A DNA stretch of 14,619 bases from Candidatus Zixiibacteriota bacterium. GTDB taxonomy: Bacteria; Zixibacteria; MSB-5A5; WJJR01. Shown in pieces: positions 6,879-14,405 of the stretch. The notes beneath the pieces were generated by a model. It was not told the origin of the DNA. It searched no databases and saw nothing but the letters and a program-made list of their open reading frames with translations. Both the position numbers and the translations under genes were made by a program. How positions within the stretch are numbered: position 1 is the stretch's first letter; the number at the start of each line of letters is the position of its first letter. The DNA lies in NCBI GenBank assembly GCA_036170655.1, contig JAVHPP010000065.1:1-14619 (forward strand), written 5' to 3'.

Positions 6879-8706
6879 TGATACCTTCGTCGATGCCTTT
6901 CATCAAGTCACGACAATCATGATGTTTGGGATCGCACTGCACGACCTTCTCGCAAAGCTTGTAGCAGGCGTCCTTCTGTCCGGTTTCATAGAGCGCATAC
7001 GCCAACCACCAGCGCAACTCATTATACTTGCAAGCTTGTTCTCTGCTGTCCTCGAAGCACTTCATGGCACGCTGCAACACGGGCACAGCACCCGCGTAAT
7101 CCTTTGCTGCAAAAAGAGTGAAGCCGTACCACTGGCGGTGATCACAGACATTCGGTTCGCGTTCCATGAGCCAACGATAACACTTCTGGGCATCGGCGTT
7201 GCGCTGCATTTTAATCAGACGGGGCGCCGACAATTTGTACCCCTTCTCGATGTAGCTCTTGGCAGCGGACGTGTCGTTCTCGGCCGCACGGAGCAGATAC
7301 TCCACGGCTTTCTCGTTGTTGTTGAGCTGCATATAGGGTAACGAGGCGTTAAAGAGAAACCGGGAATCGTTCGGATGGCGGACAACCAGCTTCTCGTACT
7401 CCACCGCCGCTTCGGCGTAACGGGCCAGCTTATGATACGCCAGCGCCAGCCCGCCGATCGAACGTTCATCGTTGGGATCGAGTTCAGCAGCGCGGCGATA
7501 ATTCTCAGCGATCTGAGTCAGCACGGTCGTATCCTGAAGCGCTTCCAAGCAGACGGCGGTTCGCCAGAAGAGCTCCGCGTCAGCCGCCACCCATTCGTGC
7601 GGGGGTTGCGCCGCTTCCAGGCGCTTGCGGTAGTCCGTGAAGGCGTCAATGGCCTTGGCGTACTGGTTCAATAGCATGTTGGACCGGCCGAGATAAAAAA
7701 GCAACTCGGGATCGTTGGCGCCGGTGTCGATCGCGTTCTGCAATTCAACAATGGCCGAATCGTGGGCATTGAGCAGATAGTACACAGTGGCGATATTCTT
7801 GGCGACAAGGACGGGATCGGCTTTGGGGTCGACCACACGCACCTTGCGGTAGAGCGATAACGAAGCCTTGTAGAGTTCGGTGGCTTCGTTGACAGGCCGG
7901 CTCTTGGCGGCAATCATATAGATGTTTGCCAGACGCAGATAGGCCTCGTGGTAGGTCGAATCTTTCTTGAGCAGGTCGATCAGTAGCGGACGGGCATCGT
8001 TCAGACGCCGTTGCTGGTAGAACGCATCGGCGAGTTTGAACATGATGTCGAGACGAGAGGAGTCCGCCGCCAAGACCGCCTCATATTCTGTGGTCGCAAG
8101 CGGGTAGACCTGGCCCTTGTAGTAGGCATCACCCAAGTCTATCCGGTACTGGAGACTCTCCTCATCGTCGTATCGTGCGCCGAGAAGCAATTCCTGCGCC
8201 TTCGAGTAATCCCCCATAGCCAGAGAGGCACGACCTTGGGCGTTCTTCAGCATGGCGGCGATCTGAGGAGACTTGGGTTTTTCGAGTGGCTTCTGAAGCA
8301 AAAGGGATACTTCGGATGCACGCCCCAACGCGATCAGAACGTTTGCCATGCCAACATAGACCGCTGGTTCACGATATTTGTTTTCGATGGCGGCCGTATA
8401 CGCGGTTTGAGCATCGGGCCACTTGCCGAGCCCAGCCAGAGCTTCGCCTTTCAGAAACTGAGCTTCACCATTTTTGTCATCGTCAGCCAAGATCGGAGTC
8501 AGTAACTCCAATGCACCAATGAAGTTACGACCCTGGATGGACGCCTGAACCGGGGTAAGGTCGGGCTTTGGCGCCGAAACGACAAGAGAGGGCAGAAGCG
8601 CAGCAGACAAAACGAGCATGACCAGACCAGCGAGAGGGAATCGCCCAAAGGGTCTGCTGGCTCTCGTCACAAACATAGAATTATGAAGAATAGCACCCAT
8701 GGCCAC
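6865..8706 (-). CDS. Secreted tetratricopeptide-repeat protein with a Cys-rich C-terminus; start may be ATG 8700 or 8676
   Basis: Signal-peptide-like LAGLVMLVLSAALLPSLVVSA. Many TPR consensus units, e.g. AQFLKGEALAGLGKWPDAQTAY, LGDAYYKGQVYPLATTEYEAVL, LFYLGRSNMLLNQYAKAIDAF and GLALAYHKLARYAEAAVEYEKL. Confidence 0.9.
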   Translation of the reverse strand: MAMGAILHNSMFVTRASRPFGRFPLAGLVMLVLSAALLPSLVVSAPKPDLTPVQASIQGRNFIGALELLTPILADDDKNGEAQFLKGEALAGLGKWPDAQTAYTAAIENKYREPAVYVGMANVLIALGRASEVSLLLQKPLEKPKSPQIAAMLKNAQGRASLAMGDYSKAQELLLGARYDDEESLQYRIDLGDAYYKGQVYPLATTEYEAVLAADSSRLDIMFKLADAFYQQRRLNDARPLLIDLLKKDSTYHEAYLRLANIYMIAAKSRPVNEATELYKASLSLYRKVRVVDPKADPVLVAKNIATVYYLLNAHDSAIVELQNAIDTGANDPELLFYLGRSNMLLNQYAKAIDAFTDYRKRLEAAQPPHEWVAADAELFWRTAVCLEALQDTTVLTQIAENYRRAAELDPNDERSIGGLALAYHKLARYAEAAVEYEKLVVRHPNDSRFLFNASLPYMQLNNNEKAVEYLLRAAENDTSAAKSYIEKGYKLSAPRLIKMQRNADAQKCYRWLMEREPNVCDHRQWYGFTLFAAKDYAGAVPVLQRAMKCFEDSREQACKYNELRWWLAYALYETGQKDACYKLCEKVVQCDPKHHDCRDLMKGIDEGIIEQN

Positions 8707-8736
8707 CCAGTCAAGTGGATTTTGCCTCGTGCGCCC

Positions 8737-8967
8737 CTAACGCCTTTCCCGCCAAGAATCTGACAGCCAATAGAACCCGAGTCGGACTACGGCATAGCCA
8801 ATCACGATCCATCCCAAGATACGACCTTCACGACCGCCAAAGAGCGTATCCGACAGCAAGAGCCATATCCCGACGCCTGCCAGAAGAATCGAAAAACCCC
8901 ACCGCCACAGCGCCATTGGGGAAATTGTCCCACCCCCAGATCGCTGTGGTCGATTAGATGCATCCAT
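8737..8967 (-). CDS. Small 2-TM membrane protein (about 76 aa; ORF-track start 8988)
   Basis: Two hydrophobic helices (WGFSILLAGVGIWLLL; ILGWIVIGYAVVRLGFYWL) and a basic C-terminal tail. Ends 30 nt before the TPR ORF on the same strand. Confidence 0.6.
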   Translation of the reverse strand: MDASNRPQRSGGGTISPMALWRWGFSILLAGVGIWLLLSDTLFGGREGRILGWIVIGYAVVRLGFYWLSDSWRERR

Positions 8968-9052
8968 CAACAATCCATCCCCATCCACAATGTCCTACCA
9001 CTCAACCTTGGTTTTATTTCAACATTTCTGTCCGCGGTGCGCTCCGACGCAC

Positions 9053-9066
9053 AAAACTGCAGTTTT
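9053..9066. promoter_or_regulatory. Perfect 14-bp palindrome AAAACTGCAGTTTT upstream of the TPR/exbBDD/tonB cluster; candidate operator
   Basis: Seen directly in the AT-richer intergenic region 8989-9180. Confidence 0.4.
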
Positions 9067-9180
9067 ACGACAGATGTCTAATCGCCGGGAGGCCAGAGCA
9101 AGACTGAGTCTATTCTTGACAATCCCAGCCACATCAGTCAACAGACAAGGCCCGCCACGACGACCGAAAAGGGTCGGATG

Positions 9181-10149
9181 TCAATTCTTGGATTGTCCAA
9201 TCGTCGCGTTGCCTGAGGGAATTGTGGCGTGATCTCCGGTCAGTTCGCCCAGTGTTCCCGACACTGGGGGAGTAACAAAAGTAAACGAAAGGATCTGGAT
9301 AGGAAAGGGAGCCTGCAGACTATCCGGATCGGGCTCGGCTGTCACCATAACTTCGTCGCCGACTTCGAGTACGAGCGGGAAGGAGAATCCAGTGGGGGCG
9401 TTGCGGACAAAATCCTCGCCAGGGAAATCCGGGGCTATCCCAACACCAATGTATGGGTTTGTCAGATCAGGACCAGTGGCGCGTCGGAACTTGCCCGTGG
9501 AAAGCCATGCACTCCTGTGGCGAACCCATCCTTCATAGATCCACCCCAGTGGCGCCAGCGGGATATCCAGCCCAGAGTCGGCAACACTCGGGACCAGGCT
9601 TTTCATAAACCAGATGCCGGAAAGATCAGCGAGCGTGTCGTCATCGGTGGGGGACACGATGGCAAAGCGGCCAGCGGCAGAGGTCAGTGACACCGGAAAG
9701 TCCAGGCGGGAGATCCTCGCCGAATCCAGTTTGGGCGAAATGCGCCCGCGCAGATAGACGGTCGGTGAGGGCGACACATGTTCGTCACCCGATTTCTCGA
9801 TCGTGACATAGAGAGAATCGTACTCTTTCAAGTTGACGGGGAGGTGGCTGAACGTCCCTTGCGCCAGTGGCGTACCGTTGGAATCCAAGATGTGTCTGGA
9901 CGCGTCAAGAGCAAAACGCGTAAGATGTTTCCAAGGGGCCTGTCCGGATGCGAGAGCCGTATCGGAGGGTTTGGCCCATAGCTCGAACGTGAAGCCATCT
10001 GGCAAGGCCGATGCGTCGAATAACTCCAGTTGGACTTGATTGTACGGGAGCGGTAGATCCGGCCCGTTCCCCTTGTCCTTGCTGCAACCCAAGACCCCGA
10101 GCGACAGACCGCTCAAGATCAGCCCACAAACGAAAAGGAGTCTGTTCAT
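9181..10149 (-). CDS. Lipoprotein with two RskA C-terminal (anti-sigma-K)-like repeats
   Basis: ATG 10149 with GGAGAG RBS; lipobox VLG-C. Repeat 1: LPDGFTFELWA...YVTIEKSGD..SPS. Repeat 2: PLGWIYEGWV...STGKF...FPGEDF...MVTAEPDPD..APF. The family call comes from recalled motifs. Confidence 0.7.
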   Translation of the reverse strand: MNRLLFVCGLILSGLSLGVLGCSKDKGNGPDLPLPYNQVQLELFDASALPDGFTFELWAKPSDTALASGQAPWKHLTRFALDASRHILDSNGTPLAQGTFSHLPVNLKEYDSLYVTIEKSGDEHVSPSPTVYLRGRISPKLDSARISRLDFPVSLTSAAGRFAIVSPTDDDTLADLSGIWFMKSLVPSVADSGLDIPLAPLGWIYEGWVRHRSAWLSTGKFRRATGPDLTNPYIGVGIAPDFPGEDFVRNAPTGFSFPLVLEVGDEVMVTAEPDPDSLQAPFPIQILSFTFVTPPVSGTLGELTGDHATIPSGNATIGQSKN

Positions 10150-10224
10150 CTGATCGTCCACTCTCCATGCGTCAGCACTGACAACACAACCATCCACCTT
10201 TGGAGAAAAAGTTCACTGAACTGC

Positions 10225-10248
10225 CAAATGCAATATACACTGCATTTG
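10225..10248. promoter_or_regulatory. Inverted repeat CAAATGCA-N8-TGCATTTG overlapping a minus-strand -10-like TATATT
   Basis: Perfect 8-bp arms (10225-10232 and 10241-10248), about 75 nt upstream of the lipoprotein start. Confidence 0.5.
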
Positions 10249-10294
10249 TTCCGGGGAGTCGGCCATTTCCGAGAAAAAAGGGGCCGAACCGGGT

Positions 10295-11833
10295 TCACGC
10301 TCCCCCTCTCCTTGGCAGAACACCTTCGGCAAGAGCCAGTTCCCGGGCGAGCTTTTCGACAGCCGTCCCGAGTACGGCGTCTGCAAACGACCTCCCGTGG
10401 GCCGTGCCGATCACTTTCGATAACTGTGCCAGGGGGCCCTTCTTTGGAATTCGCCCACGGAGAGCCAGTGTTCTCCAGGCCGCCAGGGCTTCGATGGCGA
10501 GCACATAACGCCAGCGTTCGACAGACTGCCGGAGTTTGTCCGCAGCCCAGAATGACATGGATACGTGATCCTCCTGCCCCAAAGACGTGGGAATCGAATC
10601 GACCGATGCCGGATGTGCCAATGTCTTCATGGCAGACACGAGCGAGGCTGCAGTCACCTGCCACATCATCATCCCAGAATGTAGGCCCTCCGCCCGGGAG
10701 GGCGTCAAAAAGGGCGTGGCTTGGTTGAATTGCGGATCCATGAGCAGCGCCGTTCGACGCTCCGAAATAGCGGCAGCATCACAGATGGCGATGGCACACC
10801 GGTCGGCCGCATGCCCAATAGGAGCACCATGAAAGTTCCCTCCGGACAGGGCATCGCCTTGTTGCGGAAACAACAGGGGATTGTCGGTTGAGGAGTTCAT
10901 TTCGATGGTACAGGTCTCGGCTGAGGCCTCGATCGCCTCATGGCAAACTCCGTGAACTTGGGGCGCGCAACGGATGCTGTAGGGATCCTGAACGCGTTTG
11001 GTGTCGCCGACTCCCGGTTGCCCCTGTAGCAATGCCATAACGCGTTGCGCCGAATGCAAATGGCCTGGATGCGGGCGAACACGAGCCAGCCGCAGATCAA
11101 ACGCTTCTGGGCGCGCTCCAACGGCCAGAGATGTCAGCGCGCACACCGCATCGGCAGCAGCCATGAGTCGTCGCAAGTCGTTAATTGCCAGTGCCAGCAG
11201 AGCCGTGGACGCCTGAACTCCGTTGACCAACGCCAGCCCTTCTTTGGGTTCCAGGACAATAGGGGCGAGCTTCAAACGAGACAACACCCGACTTGCCCCG
11301 GTGAGCCGTCCGCCAATTTCGACCTGCCCCTCCCCGATGAGTGCAAGGGCAATATGCGCCATGGGCGCCAGATCGCCGGAAGCGCCCACCGATCCCCAGC
11401 GGGGAACGAGGGGACAAATACCGAGATTCAGGAAGTCCGCCAGACGGCGGGCGACTTCGAGGCGGACCCCCGAATGGCCGCGGGCCAAGAGGTTTAGACG
11501 CAGCAGCATCATGGCGCGGACTTCCTCGCGCAGGCAGAGAGGTCCGACGCCGGCTGAATGCGAGAGAATCAAGTTGCGTTGCAGCTGGCGCAGATCACCA
11601 AGAGGGATTGATACATCGGCCAGACGGCCAAACCCCGTGTTGATACCGTAAACGGTGCGGTGATCGCCAATCACGCGGCGCACGAAAGCATGCCCCGCCC
11701 GGATGCGGGATTGTGCCTGACGGTTCAGTGTGATGCGCGGGGGAATGCCCGCACGGGCGACCCGATCGACATCGCCCAGATTCAACGTGCGCCCGTCAAG
11801 AGACAGTTTGCTGTTTGTTCGCGCTTTCGGCAT
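10295..11833 (-). CDS. hutH: Histidine ammonia-lyase (MIO-dependent)
   Basis: YGINTGFG, QRNLILSHSAGVG (SH specificity residues of HAL), GSVGASGDLAP (MIO Ala-Ser-Gly), KEGLALVNG, QDPYSIRCAPQVHG, NSSTDNPL, SGGNFHG and QEDHVSM. Confidence 0.92.
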   Translation of the reverse strand: MPKARTNSKLSLDGRTLNLGDVDRVARAGIPPRITLNRQAQSRIRAGHAFVRRVIGDHRTVYGINTGFGRLADVSIPLGDLRQLQRNLILSHSAGVGPLCLREEVRAMMLLRLNLLARGHSGVRLEVARRLADFLNLGICPLVPRWGSVGASGDLAPMAHIALALIGEGQVEIGGRLTGASRVLSRLKLAPIVLEPKEGLALVNGVQASTALLALAINDLRRLMAAADAVCALTSLAVGARPEAFDLRLARVRPHPGHLHSAQRVMALLQGQPGVGDTKRVQDPYSIRCAPQVHGVCHEAIEASAETCTIEMNSSTDNPLLFPQQGDALSGGNFHGAPIGHAADRCAIAICDAAAISERRTALLMDPQFNQATPFLTPSRAEGLHSGMMMWQVTAASLVSAMKTLAHPASVDSIPTSLGQEDHVSMSFWAADKLRQSVERWRYVLAIEALAAWRTLALRGRIPKKGPLAQLSKVIGTAHGRSFADAVLGTAVEKLARELALAEGVLPRRGGA

Positions 11834-11847
11834 TGTACTATTGTCCC

Positions 11848-12813
11848 TCAGAAACGCGCCTCCCCCGAAAGGGGTTGATAGACATAGTCGAAGACGATGT
11901 AAAGAGAATCGCGCGGCCCGGGCATCTGGCGTGGGCGCATTTTTGCCATGCGCCGCCCTGAAAGCAGAAGAGCAATGGACGATTCCAATTGAACTGGAAT
12001 CTTGTCGGCTCCGCCATCTTGCGCGAGATAGGACGGATAGTCCGCGATCGACGCTGACGGACCCAACACGACAAACTTTGTGGTGCGCAAGAACGCATCG
12101 AGCCGTGAAGGACTCCCGAGGAAAATGCCCCGCTTCGTGGAGAACAGGTAAACGTCATTGGAGTCGGACATGCTGGACACCGGGTGATTCGCGGCAAAAC
12201 AGAACCCATCCACAGCGCCAGAGAGACGCAGATGCAACGTCAGTGTCCCCTGCGGGCGCGCGATGACCTCGCGTTCCGGCGACGGAGGCCCAAGGTGGCC
12301 ATCGGGATAGACGGTGCGCACGTGAACATGGTATCTCGTCCCGACGTCGACAGGCGCGATGGTTATCGATTCGCTGGTGATGTCACCATCCGTGTCTCCT
12401 TGGTACGTCGCGTGGTTGTACAGTGAACTGTCCAACCCGGGATCCGCTCCCGTCAGTCCGGAACGACCGGGCAATGTTGATACATAGACGTTGTAACCGC
12501 GAATGAGGTCGCGTGGCAAGCGATGCGTCAGCCAAGTGATCACCAGACTGTCGGCGTATCCTTCGACCAAAATCAGTTCCGGCGCATGTGAGCGGGTCAC
12601 CGACGGGGCCGGTGGCACTGGCGGGGACGCCGGGGCAGACGGCGGAGATGGTGCGCAGGAGCTGGTGATCAGGGCAATCGCTGCCCCCAGAAGGAGGACA
12701 CATGCATTGCGTGAGATGTGACGATCAGCCGTGCATTCTCTGATCGGGATTGAAGTGGTCACAACGCGCCGACTCCGAATCTGCGGACCGAACACCTTGG
12801 CCGATGCAGACAT
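11848..12813 (-). CDS. Putative lipoprotein with a fibronectin type III-like domain; start may be GTG 12762
   Basis: Hydrophobic VLLLGAAIALITSS-C lipobox, then a Pro-rich linker. Fn3 pattern LVITW...IRGYNVY...YHVHVRTV...GPPS. Ends 14 nt before the hutH start. Confidence 0.7.
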   Translation of the reverse strand: MSASAKVFGPQIRSRRVVTTSIPIRECTADRHISRNACVLLLGAAIALITSSCAPSPPSAPASPPVPPAPSVTRSHAPELILVEGYADSLVITWLTHRLPRDLIRGYNVYVSTLPGRSGLTGADPGLDSSLYNHATYQGDTDGDITSESITIAPVDVGTRYHVHVRTVYPDGHLGPPSPEREVIARPQGTLTLHLRLSGAVDGFCFAANHPVSSMSDSNDVYLFSTKRGIFLGSPSRLDAFLRTTKFVVLGPSASIADYPSYLAQDGGADKIPVQLESSIALLLSGRRMAKMRPRQMPGPRDSLYIVFDYVYQPLSGEARF

Positions 12814-12935
12814 TCCTTGCGCAGAGATTACCGGGAATCAGCCGCGCGCTACTGCCTTTGAGGATGAAAGACTCGCTCACTCGCGAGTCGGCTGCATCCC
12901 CCTGTCAGGCGCGCCGTTCCCCTTGCTCAGCGACA

Positions 12936-13466
12936 CTACTTCGCCACAGGCACATTCGGCAATGGCACGATGTCCGTATTCTGCGATACGGTGATCAACC
13001 ATTTGTCCCGCGTCTTTACAATCACGTGCATCAATATCCCCTTCCGAGGGGGGAGTGGCGTGCCTTCCAGTCCCGTATCTCCGGTCAGTTCCCACCGCAC
13101 GTGAACGACCGCCACATCCGGTCGGAGGAAACGCACCGATGTCTCGACCGCAGCCAGGTGACTGCTCTTCATTCGAGTCGCATGGAGAGCCTCGTGCTCC
13201 TTCTGAATCTCGGCCCGGCCTCGCCACCGCAGGCCGATGACGTTGACGAAGTCCGCATCCTCAGCGAACAATGCCGCGAAAGCCTTCATGTCATGACGGT
13301 TCCAGTCATCAACGAAGCCCGAGGCCACGGCTCTGACACCTGCTTCGTCTGCCCTTTGATTTCGCGCGCTTCCTTGTGCTATCGCCGCAGCGGTCGTCGT
13401 CAGAAGGAGCAGTATCGTAATGACTGTATGCCTCATAGTCGAAGACCTGATGACTGTATGCTTCAT
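12936..13466 (-). CDS. Secreted NTF2-like protein (SgcJ/EcaC / DUF4440 family); second in-frame ATG at 13436
   Basis: Signal peptide ending AIA. Motifs DEAGVRAV...FVDDWNRHDMKAFAALFAEDADFVNVIG..WRGRAEI, VRFLRPDVAVV and WLITVSQNT. Confidence 0.88.
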   Translation of the reverse strand: MKHTVIRSSTMRHTVITILLLLTTTAAAIAQGSARNQRADEAGVRAVASGFVDDWNRHDMKAFAALFAEDADFVNVIGLRWRGRAEIQKEHEALHATRMKSSHLAAVETSVRFLRPDVAVVHVRWELTGDTGLEGTPLPPRKGILMHVIVKTRDKWLITVSQNTDIVPLPNVPVAK

Positions 13467-13478
13467 GCTCGAAGACCT
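13420..13478. repeat. Tandem duplication with 30-bp period (26/29 identical) spanning the start of the NTF2-like gene
   Basis: ATGACTGTATGCCTCATAGTCGAAGACCT (13420-13448) versus ATGACTGTATGCTTCATGCTCGAAGACCT (13450-13478). Confidence 0.85.
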
Positions 13479-13518
13479 TCCTTTCTATCCGTTACATGCA
13501 ATCTGTACGCACCCAACA

Positions 13519-14298
13519 TTAAGTTTTCTTCGCCTCACGCTCGACATGACCGGCCCAATCGTCCTCGATCTGCTGGAGAGTGCCCCCGTAGATGCGTTCG
13601 AGCGAGGGTCCCAGATCGAGCGCGCTGCGCCAGAGCATCTTGAACTTATCGATACCATGGACCTGAATAAGATAGGCAACAAAAGAGGCACTTTCCACGC
13701 GGTAGGCCTCTTGGTCAGCGATGCTTTCGGGCGTGAGCAACATCGATAAGGGCTGCCAACGCCCTTCACTTTTCAGTTTCGCCGCATCGCCGTGGATGTT
13801 GGCGCTCTCGTTGTCAAAAGCCTCGCGCAGACCATCCTTAATCAGTTCAAACGATTGCGCCTCCGGGTCCACTGAAGTGAATGCAGCCAGCGCGATGGCG
13901 CCACCGATCGGTGCACCAATACGGGTGTAGATTCGGTAACCTTCAACCCGTCCCGCCGCATGGCCTGTGGCCGTTTCGCAGTCTTGATTGGTGATGAAGC
14001 GGTAGATGGAGATTCTGCCTTTCAAGTCCAGTTTCAACCCCCGCGCCAGCTCTGCGTAGGCTTGTTCACAGTTCTCGCCAAACTCGCGCAAATGAGTACG
14101 GCGCGGCGACTGAGGCGGATCAAAGACAGTGAAATGCTCAGTCTGCTCCGATACCCAGCCCGAGGCAAAGGATGACGGATCAATCTCCTGGCGTGTTTTT
14201 CCGCACGAAAGAACGGCCAGCGCCAGCAGAAGCGACAACACCGGGGCCGGACTCCGGCGAAACGATTGGAAATGCAGAAGCAATTCTCTTGTGTACAT
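13519..14298 (-). CDS. Lipoprotein with a peptidase MA-like (gluzincin) domain that lacks the HExxH zinc motif
   Basis: ATG 14298 with AGGAGAGGGAG RBS; lipobox VLS-C. Motifs TEHFTVF, RISIYRF, LIKDGLRE and YRVESASFVAYLIQVHGIDKFKMLW...LERIYG..LQQIEDDW resemble MA-clan C-terminal helices. No HExxH anywhere in the protein. Confidence 0.65.
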   Translation of the reverse strand: MYTRELLLHFQSFRRSPAPVLSLLLALAVLSCGKTRQEIDPSSFASGWVSEQTEHFTVFDPPQSPRRTHLREFGENCEQAYAELARGLKLDLKGRISIYRFITNQDCETATGHAAGRVEGYRIYTRIGAPIGGAIALAAFTSVDPEAQSFELIKDGLREAFDNESANIHGDAAKLKSEGRWQPLSMLLTPESIADQEAYRVESASFVAYLIQVHGIDKFKMLWRSALDLGPSLERIYGGTLQQIEDDWAGHVEREAKKT

Positions 14299-14324
14299 CA
14301 GGCTCCCTCTCCTAAGATGGCACA

Positions 14325-14371
14325 ATTATACAACGCAAACGAACGAGCGGGCCACTGGAATCTGTCCAGTG
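14325..14371 (-). promoter_or_regulatory. Consensus -10 TATAAT (14330-14325) with a weak -35 and an upstream 7-bp inverted repeat
   Basis: TATAAT lies 26 nt upstream of ATG 14298. CACTGGA-N5-TCCAGTG is at 14353-14371. Confidence 0.5.
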
Positions 14372-14405
14372 TGCCGACAATCCCTGCCCCGCGGCAGTTG
14401 AAATG

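Noticed and set aside
12870..12889. Hairpin GACTCGC/GCGAGTC as a terminator for the NTF2-like gene
   Set aside because: The 7-bp stem is followed by only TTTCAT on the minus strand, too weak to call.
13420..13478. 29-bp repeat as a mini CRISPR array
   Set aside because: Only two copies, directly abutting with no spacer, and no cas genes.
12750..13749. Plus-strand ORFs of 297 aa (12750-13643) and 109 aa (13420-13749)
   Set aside because: They are antisense to well-supported minus-strand genes and show no recognisable motifs.
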